In this document: positions 1 to 8,499 of the stretch, piece by piece
How the letters are laid out: every line of letters starts with the position of its first letter
How positions within the stretch are numbered: position 1 is the first letter of the stretch
Source of the DNA: an uncultured Ottowia sp.
Lineage (GTDB): Bacteria; Pseudomonadota; Gammaproteobacteria; Burkholderiales; Burkholderiaceae_C
Assembly (NCBI GenBank): GCA_964424045.1
Contig: CAYRHV010000002.1
Coordinates: forward strand, 1-39,848
DNA: 39,848 bases
Direction: 5' to 3'
Notes under the pieces: generated by a model
Told to the model about the DNA's origin: nothing
What the model saw: only the letters and a program-made list of their open reading frames with translations
The model's database searches: none
Program-made: the position numbers and the translations under genes

Positions 1-1307
1 ACGGCGATCTGCTTGCCCACCGCCACGAGCGACTGGCCGCCGCAAGCGAGCTGCGTCACCGTGCGGTCGAACTCATGGTGTGGAAGAAACTGCGCGAGAT
101 AGCGCCCGCGGATCAGCTGGTAGACCGCCAGTTCTTTCTCCGACATGGCCAAGAGCTTGGCCGGCTCCAGCGTGGGGATGATGCCGTGGTGCGCCGTCAC
201 CTTGCCGTCGTTCCAGGCGCGCGAACGCTGGTTGCGGTCGAGCTGGCCGAGCAAGGGCCGCAGGCTGGGTTCGGTGGCGAGCAGTGCATCGAGCACCGCC
301 GGCACTTCCGCGAGCATGCTTTCGGGCAGGTATCCCGAGTCGCTGCGCGGATAGGTCGTCGCCTTGTGCGTCTCGTACAGCGCCTGCGCGATGTCCAGCG
401 TCTCCTGCACATCGAGGCCGAGCTGACGCGAACACACTTCCTGCAAGGTGCCCAGGTCGAACGGCAGCGGCGGTGCCTCGCGCACGCGCTCGGTGTCCAC
501 CGACACGACCTGCGCATCGCGTGCGGCGCGAATGCGATCCACCGCCTGCTGCGCCACCGGCTGCTGAAGGCAACGACCTGCTGCATCGGTGCTGCCTTCG
601 GGCGGTATCCAGCTCGCGGTGAAGGACTGGCCGGCATGGGATAGCAGCACGTCCGCGGCCCAATACGGCACGGAGACGAAGCGCGCGATCTCGCGATCGC
701 GGTCCACCACCAGTTTCAGCGTCGGCGTCTGCACGCGCCCCACCGACAGCACGCCGGTATAGCCGGCCTGGCGCCCCAGCAGTGTGAACAAGCGGCTCAG
801 GTTCATCCCGATCAGCCAGTCGGCGCGCGATCGGGCGAGTGCGGAGAAATACAGCGGCAGCGTCTCGGCGGACGGCTTGAGCGCACCCAGCGCTTTACGG
901 ATCGACGCATCGTTGAGCGCCGACAGCCACAGGCGCTGAATCGGCCCGCGGTAGCCGCATAGGTCGATGATCTCGCGGGCGATCATCTCGCCCTCGCGGT
1001 CGGCGTCGGTCGCAATCACTAGCTCGCCCGCCTTGGCGACGAGCTGCTGCACGACCTTGAATTGCGCTGCGGTCGCCACCTTGGGCTCGACACGCCAACG
1101 CTCAGGAACAATGGGCAGCTGCTCGATGGCCCAGCGCTTGTACTGCTCGCCGTAGCCTTCGGGCGGAACCGCCTCGACCAGATGACCAATGCACCAGGTC
1201 ACGACAACACCGGCGCCGCTGTAGCAGCCGTTGCTGCGTTGGCCGGCGCCCAGCACACGGGCGATGTCCTTGCCCTGGGACGGCTTCTCGCACAGGAACA
1301 CGCGCAT
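1..1307 (-). CDS. topB: DNA topoisomerase III (3' part runs off the window)
   Basis: Manual translation from ATG 1307: MRVFLCEKPSQ, TWCIGHL, ATDADREGE (Toprim), SVGRVQTPTL, TYPRSD (catalytic Tyr), AHHGIIPT; frame stays open to base 1. Confidence 0.95.
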   Translation of the reverse strand, partial: MRVFLCEKPSQGKDIARVLGAGQRSNGCYSGAGVVVTWCIGHLVEAVPPEGYGEQYKRWAIEQLPIVPERWRVEPKVATAAQFKVVQQLVAKAGELVIATDADREGEMIAREIIDLCGYRGPIQRLWLSALNDASIRKALGALKPSAETLPLYFSALARSRADWLIGMNLSRLFTLLGRQAGYTGVLSVGRVQTPTLKLVVDRDREIARFVSVPYWAADVLLSHAGQSFTASWIPPEGSTDAAGRCLQQPVAQQAVDRIRAARDAQVVSVDTERVREAPPLPFDLGTLQEVCSRQLGLDVQETLDIAQALYETHKATTYPRSDSGYLPESMLAEVPAVLDALLATEPSLRPLLGQLDRNQRSRAWNDGKVTAHHGIIPTLEPAKLLAMSEKELAVYQLIRGRYLAQFLPHHEFDRTVTQLACGGQSLVAVGKQIA

Positions 1308-1515
1308 GAAGCCTCCTTGGAAGTGTGCGGTTCATCGGATGGGCGTCAGCTTGGCCGGGCCAGCAGATGCCGGCAGCAAGGAAGCCGATTGGCGCAGGCA
1401 CCGCTTTGTGGTCGGCAGGCGATCCGTTGCCGCAGCGGTCCGCGCAAACCGCAACGGCTGGCGCAGCAGGCGCGTCGTTTCGGGAGGGCGACTGGAACTC
1501 GGTGGAACACCCTGG

Positions 1516-1536
1516 AGCTATCCCCTGGGGATAGCT
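1516..1536. repeat. Palindrome AGCTATCCCC-T-GGGGATAGCT (copy 1 of 3)
   Basis: Perfect 10-1-10 inverted repeat in the ssb-topB intergenic region; same core at 3425 and 3510. Confidence 0.9.
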
Positions 1537-1596
1537 GGTGCATGGCGGGCGTATGACGGTTGCTACAGCCGCCCTCGGGGGACGGCGACGGGCGAG

Positions 1597-1980
1597 CTAC
1601 TGCCCGCCGGCCGGCTTGGCGCTGAGGGTCACCGACTCGATGCGGTACGGCAGGATGCCGACGCGCCGGGCCTCGACCTTGAACGTGACGCGCTCGTTCT
1701 CGTCGGCGTCCTCCCATTCGTCGCGCACGGTGCGGCCCTCGACCAGCACCCGCATACCTTTCTGGTACAGCGTCTTCCAGTGGTCGGCGTCGCGGTGCCA
1801 CAGCTCCACGGGCGCCCAGAAGCCGCCGCGATCTTCGTACTCGCCATCCTTCTTCGGGATCGGGTTGTCGAAATAGACGTTCAGGCGCAGCAGCCGGCGC
1901 GGCTCGTCGTTGCCGTTCGGGAATTCGCGGTAGTCTGGCGCAGAACCGATGTTGCCCTCGCCGACGAAGTGCGTGCTCAT
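1597..1980 (-). CDS. ssb: Single-stranded DNA-binding protein (ICE type)
   Basis: MSTHFVGEGNIGSAPDYREF...VELW...LYQKGMRVLVEGR OB-fold; AGGAG RBS; ATGA overlap with the upstream gene. Confidence 0.92.
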   Translation of the reverse strand: MSTHFVGEGNIGSAPDYREFPNGNDEPRRLLRLNVYFDNPIPKKDGEYEDRGGFWAPVELWHRDADHWKTLYQKGMRVLVEGRTVRDEWEDADENERVTFKVEARRVGILPYRIESVTLSAKPAGGQ

Positions 1981-2522
1981 GGTGACTCCTTGGTGGTGGG
2001 TGGAACGGCCGCGGTATGCCCGTGGACACGCCGCAGGTAAGCCGCTTCGGCCTGGGCGGCCTTGCTGGCGCACTCCTGGGCCTGGCGGCCCAGCGTGTGA
2101 AGGAGGCTGATCTGCATGTTCAGTGCGATGCGCTGCAGCTCCATCGCGTACAGGTCATCGATCAGCGAGGCCGGCGTCGCGGGGCGGTCGAGCAGCGTTT
2201 CCCACAAAGCCACGCCCATCGCGGAGCGGTCGTGGTTGCGCCAGCGCAGGAAGGTCGTCCCTGTGCCAGTGGTCTGCTGGGCCAGTTGCACGTCGAGCAG
2301 CGAGAAGGGGTAGGCCCGCGCCTGTTGCAGCACGCGCCGCTGCGCCAGGCCGATCAAGTCGTCGCGCAGCGCCGTGCATTGGCTGGCCCAGATGTCCAGA
2401 CTCCCATTACCCTTAAAAGGCTGTAAAAGGCCTTTTAGGTAGCCCGCATGTTCCAGGCGCTGGAAGTCCGCCTGTTCCAGCGGCAGGAAGCGCGCCGGTT
2501 GGCCGGTCGATGATGCCGTCAT
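1977..2522 (-). CDS. inrR: DUF3158-family protein, InrR-like integrase regulator
   Basis: 181 aa with YLKGLLQPFKG and TFLRWR; lies directly upstream of ssb as in ICEclc; symbol inferred from synteny and size. Confidence 0.7.
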   Translation of the reverse strand: MTASSTGQPARFLPLEQADFQRLEHAGYLKGLLQPFKGNGSLDIWASQCTALRDDLIGLAQRRVLQQARAYPFSLLDVQLAQQTTGTGTTFLRWRNHDRSAMGVALWETLLDRPATPASLIDDLYAMELQRIALNMQISLLHTLGRQAQECASKAAQAEAAYLRRVHGHTAAVPPTTKESP

Positions 2523-3304
2523 GCTTTGGCGCCTTCGCCGTCCTGGTCGCTGTCTTTGTGGTCTTGCACCACATCGGCTGCGCCAGCGACGGGTGCGACA
2601 TCAGCGGCTGCGCCAGGCTTGCCCGCCCGCCGCGCGATCGGTGGCGCAAAACGCGAGCGGCGCGTGCCTTCGAGCACGTCCTGCGGCAGCTCGCCGAACT
2701 TCTCCAGCGCCGCCCGCGCCACCGCGTTCTTCGAGGCGAAGTCGTCGCGCGTTGCGCCGGAGTAGCGGTACTGCTGTGCCAGCGAGAACAGGCTGCGCAG
2801 CGCGTGCGCGCCGTCGTTGAGCCAGCGTTCCAGCGTGCTGCGGTCGATCAGCGCGGTGTGGTGGGCGAGGATCAGCTTGCGCGCCAGGTCGTCGTAGTCG
2901 GCCAGCAGGTACACCGCCATGAAGCCGAGTTGCGCGTTGACGAACAGCGGCAGCTTCACCGGCTGCACGTTCATGTTCTCGCCCAGGGACAGCGCGGGCG
3001 GCACATCGGCCAGCGCCTGATCCACCTGTTCGCGCAGCGCCTGCAGGCCGGCCTTGGTCTGCGTCAGCTTGTCCTCGATGCGCAGCATCCACCAGTCCGA
3101 GTAGGGATCGTCCTGCTCGGCACCGCGCTTCATCTTGTTCATCACGCTGATGTAGCCGTTGAGGCCGATGATGCCGGGCCGCCCCTCGGCAGGCGCTCGC
3201 CCATGCCAGATGCGCGAAGCGTGGTGCGTGTGCAGCGTCAGCGACATCGCGCTGCGCAGCGATCCGAGGTTCAACTGCAGGGGCTGTTGGGGCTCGTTGG
3301 ACAT
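2519..3304 (-). CDS. ICE protein, PFL_4669/DUF1845 family
   Basis: LGSLRSAMSLTLHTHHASRIWHGR, DDPYSDWW motifs; synteny. Confidence 0.8.
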   Translation of the reverse strand: MSNEPQQPLQLNLGSLRSAMSLTLHTHHASRIWHGRAPAEGRPGIIGLNGYISVMNKMKRGAEQDDPYSDWWMLRIEDKLTQTKAGLQALREQVDQALADVPPALSLGENMNVQPVKLPLFVNAQLGFMAVYLLADYDDLARKLILAHHTALIDRSTLERWLNDGAHALRSLFSLAQQYRYSGATRDDFASKNAVARAALEKFGELPQDVLEGTRRSRFAPPIARRAGKPGAAADVAPVAGAADVVQDHKDSDQDGEGAKA

Positions 3305-3424
3305 GGTGATGACTCGCGGTGAAGGAACGAGCCGCCAGCATCGGCATCGCCCGGAAGGCCGTCAGTCAACAAACCGCAGCAGGCGTGTCCCCGGTTGTCG
3401 TCTCGGGAAGGCTGCGTGTTCCAT

Positions 3425-3441
3425 CTATCCCCTGGGGATAG
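3425..3441. repeat. Palindrome CTATCCCC-T-GGGGATAG (copy 2)
   Basis: Seen directly in the intergenic region upstream of the PFL_4669-like gene. Confidence 0.9.
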
Positions 3442-3509
3442 GTCTGCAACGGGTCGCGACGACGTGATGCGCGACAAACCAGCGCCGTCCGCCGGAAGGC
3501 TTGATGTCC

Positions 3510-3532
3510 CAGCTATCCCCTGGGGATAGCTG
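3510..3532. repeat. Palindrome CAGCTATCCCC-T-GGGGATAGCTG (copy 3)
   Basis: Perfect 11-1-11 inverted repeat immediately after the rep gene stop. Confidence 0.9.
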
Positions 3533-3533
3533 C

Positions 3534-4766
3534 TCAGGAATCGCCGAGCGTAGAACGCAGCTTCGCCAGGTAGGCCCGCGCCGCCTCGCGGCCAGGGCCG
3601 TTCGGTGCAGGGGGTGGGGGTTCTGCTGGCCGCGGCGGTGCATGCGGCGGTGGCGGCGTCGATGACGAGCCGCCTTCGCCCGCCCAGGCCTTGAACTCCC
3701 CGCGAATCGCCTTCTGGATGATGCCGAACAGGTAGCCGGCCGGGTTGCGCACCGCGCTGTTGCGGCAGCGCGCATCCCATTCGTCCAGCACCGCCTGCCG
3801 CAGGGACTCGTCCACCTGCTGTAAGGCCACCAGCGCGCCGCTTTGCTGCTCGTCCTTCAGGCGCAGCAGGCGCTCGGGCAGGCGCAAGTGCTGCAGCGCC
3901 TTCGCGCGCGGTACTGTACGTATTTGATTTATACGATCCATACGTACAGTACGGTCCTCCTTCGGATTCCGAAGTGAGCCGTCTGGCGCGGGTTTCGACC
4001 CTGCTTCGGATTCCGAAGACGGGCGATCGACATTCCGAAGCAAGCCGTCCTGGCCTTCTTCGGAATCGTGATCCACAGCCTCTTGTGGATAACTCCCCTC
4101 GGCCCAGCCATGCCGGGCCATGCGCTGTGCTAGCACCTGCAGGCGCGTGGGCAGCGTGCGGCCGTTGAGCATCGGGTCTTCGGCGATCTCGCGCAGCGTG
4201 TTCATGCCGACGATCTGAACTGCCTTGGCAGCATGGGTCAGCGCCTGGCTGACCAAGCCCAGGTAGTCGGGGTCGAGCTGCATCGCCTCGAAGGGCGTCA
4301 GCGGTTCGTCGTGCAGGACATAGAGGTTGCCGAGGATGCGGCCGGTCTTCGGATCGCGACGCCGCCGCACCAGGCTCAGCCAGCGCGTCAGCCGCAGCAG
4401 CGTCAAGGCGCGCGCCACGGTCTCGTGCGAGGCCTGCGCCGCACAGGGCATCGAGGTGAGGTAGGGGCGAAGCTGGTCGTAGGTCGGGAAAGCCGTCACG
4501 CCGTCGTCGTTGAGCTGCAGGCGGAACACCTGCCAGGCATTGCGCTCCAGCGGCGTCAGGCGCCGATCGAGGAACAGCGCACGCGGCACGCTCTCATGGC
4601 GGTTCCCGCTGTAGAGAAAGCCGTCGCTGGCCGGCGCAGCAGCTTGCGCCGTGGCCGTGCCGTACCCGGCCGGCTGCGCAGAGGGCAACAGTTGCCGCAG
4701 CGCGCCGTCGAACAACGCGGACAGCGCAACGGGGCCATCGCGCCGTGGTGCGCCGCCCGTCGCCAT
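3534..4766 (-). CDS. STY4528-family pathogenicity-island replication protein
   Basis: GFLYSGNRHESVPRALFLDRRLTPLERNAW, FPTYDQLRPYL, C-terminal RNPAGYLFGII; synteny. Confidence 0.8.
   Translation of the reverse strand: MATGGAPRRDGPVALSALFDGALRQLLPSAQPAGYGTATAQAAAPASDGFLYSGNRHESVPRALFLDRRLTPLERNAWQVFRLQLNDDGVTAFPTYDQLRPYLTSMPCAAQASHETVARALTLLRLTRWLSLVRRRRDPKTGRILGNLYVLHDEPLTPFEAMQLDPDYLGLVSQALTHAAKAVQIVGMNTLREIAEDPMLNGRTLPTRLQVLAQRMARHGWAEGSYPQEAVDHDSEEGQDGLLRNVDRPSSESEAGSKPAPDGSLRNPKEDRTVRMDRINQIRTVPRAKALQHLRLPERLLRLKDEQQSGALVALQQVDESLRQAVLDEWDARCRNSAVRNPAGYLFGIIQKAIRGEFKAWAGEGGSSSTPPPPHAPPRPAEPPPPAPNGPGREAARAYLAKLRSTLGDS
3911..4092. other. Putative replication origin inside the rep gene (hairpin, iteron-like palindromes, DnaA box)
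   Basis: 13-bp IR 3911-3923/3940-3952; CTTCGGATTCCGAAG at 3960 and 4004; half-sites at 4032 and 4058; TGTGGATAA at 4084-4092. Function is inferred. Confidence 0.5.
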
Positions 4767-4769
4767 GGC

Positions 4770-5330
4770 CTACACCAGCCCCTGGTCGATCCAGTTGCGT
4801 ATCGCCGCCCAGATCACCGACATCGGTAGGCTCAAGGTCTCGGCCAGGTCCATGGTCAGCGTCAGCATCGCCACCTCATCGTCCAGCGCGATGCTGCGTT
4901 CGGCGATGCCGGCCTGCCAGTGCCTCCACAGAGCCGTGTCCTGCTCTTCGTCCAGCACCGGATGGCGCCCCTTGCGCTTGGGCAGGCCGAGGATGTCGCG
5001 GCGCAGGGCGACCTCCTGATGCGTCAGACCGTAGAACCGGCTCACCATCTCCGTGCTGGCACCCAGGCGCAGCATGCGGTCCACCGTGGCGATCTCGCGC
5101 TTCACGTCATGCACCTGGCTCAGCAGCCGCTTCAGCACATCGCGGTTCACCGACACCGAACACCACGACACCGTGGCGTTGACCAGCATGCTCACGAGTT
5201 CGGGGTGCTTGAGAGCGTCCAGTTCCTCCTCGCCGAAGCCCATCGCCTTGCAGCGCCGCAGTTGCCCATTGCGCAGGTCGTGCAGCGCCTGTGCGATGAC
5301 GGCCTGGTTGAGCGGATGCGGTGCCGACAT
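4770..5330 (-). CDS. bisC: DUF2857-family protein, BisC-like activator subunit
   Basis: HPLNQAVIAQALHDLRNGQLRRC...LRLGAS...RKGRHP; directly downstream of parB as in ICEclc. Confidence 0.75.
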   Translation of the reverse strand: MSAPHPLNQAVIAQALHDLRNGQLRRCKAMGFGEEELDALKHPELVSMLVNATVSWCSVSVNRDVLKRLLSQVHDVKREIATVDRMLRLGASTEMVSRFYGLTHQEVALRRDILGLPKRKGRHPVLDEEQDTALWRHWQAGIAERSIALDDEVAMLTLTMDLAETLSLPMSVIWAAIRNWIDQGLV

Positions 5331-5342
5331 GATGGCCTCCGC

Positions 5343-7016
5343 TCAGGCGCCGTGGCCGGGGTTGCTGGAGGCCGCGCCGGTCTCCAGGTTCAGCAGCCGG
5401 CGCGCCAGGCGCAGCAGCCGGAACAGCTTTACCAGCCCGGCATCGCTCAGGCGCGGATATGTGCCGCCGCCATGCAGCAAGGCCGCCAAGTCGTCGGCCA
5501 GCCGGGCGCCATCGAGGCCGGTTGCGGGTTGGGGCGCGGCGCATAGCGCATGCAGCAAGGTCAGCACCGCACGCGCGAACGGTGGCAATGCGCGCACCGC
5601 CGGAGGCGCCACGCAGACGAAGCCGATGCCGCCTTCGCTGGGCTCGACCTGCCCGGCCACGTCGGCTTCCTCGGCGATCTCGCGCGCGAACTGCGCGATG
5701 TGCACCCGCAGCCGATCCGGCACGTCCAGGCCGGGCTCGATGTACCAGACGTCCGAGATGGGATAGAGCCCGCCCGCCTGCACGGGGATTGCACGCAGCG
5801 CGTCGACCTCGAAGTCGGGCAGCTTGTCGCCCATCTGATCGGCCACCATGCGCTGGATGGATTGCAGGCGTTCGGTGGTCGGGGCCGGGGACACGATGTG
5901 ACCCTGCAGGCGCTCGTCGCGCAGCCCATCATCCTGCTGCATGCCCTTGTCGCTGGCGGCCGGCGTGGAATCGGCCTGCGCAGCCTGACCAGCGCCAGGC
6001 TCCGACGACTGCACCGAGGGGCCGGTCGGCGGCGAAGGCGGTGACGGTGGTCGCGGTGGCTCGGCCGAAGACCCCGCCGGCACCGCAGGCCTTGCCGCCT
6101 GCAGCGGCGCGGGATCACTGGTCAATGCGCGCTGCCGGCTCTCGCTGTCGTCGATCTCCAGGCTCAGCGTGTCGTAGTCCACTCCCAGCAGCTCGGCCAT
6201 CTGGCCGACCAGCTCGTCCTGCACCCGCTGCGGCGAGAAGTTGTCGGGCTGCGTGTCGAACTGGCTGAGCACGTCCTGAAACAACGTGGCGAAGTCCACC
6301 GACAGGTTGCAGCCCAAGGCACGCCGCTCCCAGGTGCGTTCGCAGGCCTTGCGCAGCACTGCGAGCCGTTCCACCTGATGCCGGCCGAGGCCGCCGTACA
6401 GCAGCGTCGGGATCGCCGGCAGCAGGTAGTGCACGGCGTCCTGCATGCGGCTGATGTGCGACTGTGGCAGCGGGAAGCCATCGGCCGTGAGCCGCCGCGC
6501 CAGCTCGCTCTGCGACAGCGCCTGGCCGCTTTCCTGCTCGTAGAACTCGCGCGCCTTCTCCACGCCCAAGGCCCGCTCGATGAAGCTGAGCCCGCCGCGC
6601 AGCTCGTTCTCGGCCAAGTGCCCGGTCAGCATCACCACTTCGCCGCGCTGCGGCCATGGGCGGAACAGGCAGGGGATGCGGAAGAACTGTTCGTCTTTCG
6701 TCTCGCTCCACAGCTCGCGCAGGATCGCCAGGCGCGTGTTGCCGCCGTTGCGGATGATGTAGTGCGGCTCGCCGGGCCGGCGCGTGATCGCGGGCGGCGC
6801 ATCCAGCCCGCGTTCGCGGATCGAGGCCTTGATGTCCTCGTAAGCCGGGTTGCGCGTCACGCGCGGGTCGTGGTCGTAGGGGCGCAACTGGTCCAGCGTC
6901 ACCACCATCGGCGTGTCGGCGATGGGGTCGCTCAGGGCCGCGACCGAAGGGCAGTTGCGCTCGAAGCCCGAGGCCAGCAGCTTGGCGGCCATGTCCTGCG
7001 GCGTCAGGTCAGCCAC
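5343..7016 (-). CDS. parB: ParB-family ICE protein (PFGI-1 class), BisD-like
   Basis: LRPYDHDPR, GGNTRL, ENELRG and HTH SQSELARRL...QSHISRM; GTG start with AGGAG RBS, overlapping the shi stop. Confidence 0.88.
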   Translation of the reverse strand: MADLTPQDMAAKLLASGFERNCPSVAALSDPIADTPMVVTLDQLRPYDHDPRVTRNPAYEDIKASIRERGLDAPPAITRRPGEPHYIIRNGGNTRLAILRELWSETKDEQFFRIPCLFRPWPQRGEVVMLTGHLAENELRGGLSFIERALGVEKAREFYEQESGQALSQSELARRLTADGFPLPQSHISRMQDAVHYLLPAIPTLLYGGLGRHQVERLAVLRKACERTWERRALGCNLSVDFATLFQDVLSQFDTQPDNFSPQRVQDELVGQMAELLGVDYDTLSLEIDDSESRQRALTSDPAPLQAARPAVPAGSSAEPPRPPSPPSPPTGPSVQSSEPGAGQAAQADSTPAASDKGMQQDDGLRDERLQGHIVSPAPTTERLQSIQRMVADQMGDKLPDFEVDALRAIPVQAGGLYPISDVWYIEPGLDVPDRLRVHIAQFAREIAEEADVAGQVEPSEGGIGFVCVAPPAVRALPPFARAVLTLLHALCAAPQPATGLDGARLADDLAALLHGGGTYPRLSDAGLVKLFRLLRLARRLLNLETGAASSNPGHGA

Positions 7017-7266
7017 GGCCGTTCTCCTGAGATGCTGCAACACCCTGGGCTGCCTGTCGGTCGGCGCGGCGAAGCTGCGCGCGGGCGTTGCCCTCGGCGC
7101 GGTGGTCGCTGGCCGTCGAGCTGGTGTAAATCGGCGCGCAGCCCGGCTTCGTGAACAGCAGGTGCCCGCCGCGGGTGTGCACGACCTTCCAACCTTCGCC
7201 CAGGGCGAACTCGATCAGCGTTCGCAGCCGCTTGTGGCCGCGGGCCAGTTCATGCGCGCTGGCCAT
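7009..7266 (-). CDS. shi: Small Shi-like protein with HicA-like motif
   Basis: 85 aa between parA and parB; GWKVVHTRGGHLLFTKPG resembles the HicA GxH motif; synteny with ICEclc parA-shi-parB. Confidence 0.7.
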   Translation of the reverse strand: MASAHELARGHKRLRTLIEFALGEGWKVVHTRGGHLLFTKPGCAPIYTSSTASDHRAEGNARAQLRRADRQAAQGVAASQENGRG

Positions 7267-8116
7267 GGCCGGCCCCTCCCGCGTCGCCGCGGCCGTTGAC
7301 GAGCGCGAAGCGCTCCTGCCACGCCGGGAACAGCTCGCTGGCCAGCGCTCGCATGGTGTCCAATGCCGCGGGTGCGGCGCGTCCCGCCGGCTGGCGGTAC
7401 TCCACCCGGTGCACCGGCAGGCCTCGCGTGGCCGCGCGCGGATAGGCCTCGATCGCCGGCACGTCGGTGTCGAGCACACGCACGCCGGACTGTCCCTGGA
7501 ACACCTGCCGCAGTGCCCGCTGGATCAGGCGCGCGTTCGACGATACCGGATGCACGCGGTTGATGAGCAGGTGCAGTGGCGGCGGCTCGATGCCGAGGTG
7601 CCGATACGGCGCGATGTCCTCGATGAGCTGCAGCGTGCCGCGTCGCAATTCGCGCGCCGCTAGGATTTCTGGCGTCACAGGCGACAGCGCCAGGTCGGAG
7701 GCCAGTACCGCCATCTCCAGCAACACGCTGCGCGCGCCCTGCGTGTCGATCAGCATCAGGTCGTAGCGCGGCGCCAGCGTGGGCAATAGGTGGCGCAGCC
7801 GCAATCTTCCATCGGGCGCGTGCAGCAGCAGCGTGTTCAGCTCGCCCCGGTCGTCGTTCGAGAGCACCAGGTCAAGCCGCTCGATCACGGTGTGCGACAC
7901 CAGTTGCTCGGCGCGCTGCTCGTTGTAGGCCAGCATCTCGTAGATGCCGGCCGGCGCGCGCGCGGCCAGTGTGAAATAGCTCGACAGCGTGGGCTGCACG
8001 TCCAGATCCAGCAGCAGCACGCGCAGCCCGGCGTCGGCCGCGAAGCCGCCCAGATTGGCCGCCGTCGTGGTCTTGCCCACGCCGCCCTTGGTCGAAATGA
8101 TGGACACCACCTGCAT
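7250..8116 (-). CDS. parA: ParA/Soj-family ATPase
   Basis: Deviant Walker A KGGVGKTT, DLDVQPTLS, IDTQG; GAGGAG RBS before MQVVSIIS. Confidence 0.93.
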   Translation of the reverse strand: MQVVSIISTKGGVGKTTTAANLGGFAADAGLRVLLLDLDVQPTLSSYFTLAARAPAGIYEMLAYNEQRAEQLVSHTVIERLDLVLSNDDRGELNTLLLHAPDGRLRLRHLLPTLAPRYDLMLIDTQGARSVLLEMAVLASDLALSPVTPEILAARELRRGTLQLIEDIAPYRHLGIEPPPLHLLINRVHPVSSNARLIQRALRQVFQGQSGVRVLDTDVPAIEAYPRAATRGLPVHRVEYRQPAGRAAPAALDTMRALASELFPAWQERFALVNGRGDAGGAGHGQRA

Positions 8117-8156
8117 GGGCTTCTCCTCGTCGAATGGCATGAACCGAGAAAAAGCG

Positions 8157-8375
8157 TCAGGCGCGTTCATTGAGGCGGTCGGCGATCCACTGTTCGATCT
8201 CCACCGAGTCCCAGCCCACGGCGCGCACGCCCAGGCGCAGCGCCTTGGGGAACTTGCCTTCCTTCATCAGGCTGTAGATGTGCGCGCGTTTGAAGCCGGT
8301 TTTGACCTCTACTTCGGTGCGGCGCAGGATGCGGTGCTCGGGCGGCAAGGCCGGCGCGGTGATCTGCGAAGACAT
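8157..8375 (-). CDS. alpA: AlpA-family transcriptional regulator
   Basis: ILRRTEVEVKTGFKRAHIYSLMKEGKFPKALRLGVRAVGW; AGGAG RBS. Confidence 0.92.
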   Translation of the reverse strand: MSSQITAPALPPEHRILRRTEVEVKTGFKRAHIYSLMKEGKFPKALRLGVRAVGWDSVEIEQWIADRLNERA

Positions 8376-8449
8376 GAGAAACACTCCTAGACGCTCGACG
8401 GCGCTGATAAGAAAGTGCCTCGTATTCCATACGCTGCCGCTGCGGAATT

Positions 8450-8486
8450 CACTGCAACTGCAGAACGCACAACTGCAATTGCAGTG
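8450..8486. promoter_or_regulatory. Repeat/palindrome upstream of alpA (candidate activator site)
   Basis: ACTGCAACTGCAG at 8451 and palindrome ACTGCAATTGCAGT at 8472-8485, 21 bp apart. Confidence 0.45.
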
Positions 8487-8499
8487 CGCCGCCGCAGGT

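Noticed and set aside
1516-4070. Palindromic repeats as a CRISPR array
   Set aside because: Few copies, irregular spacing, some inside a CDS, and no cas genes
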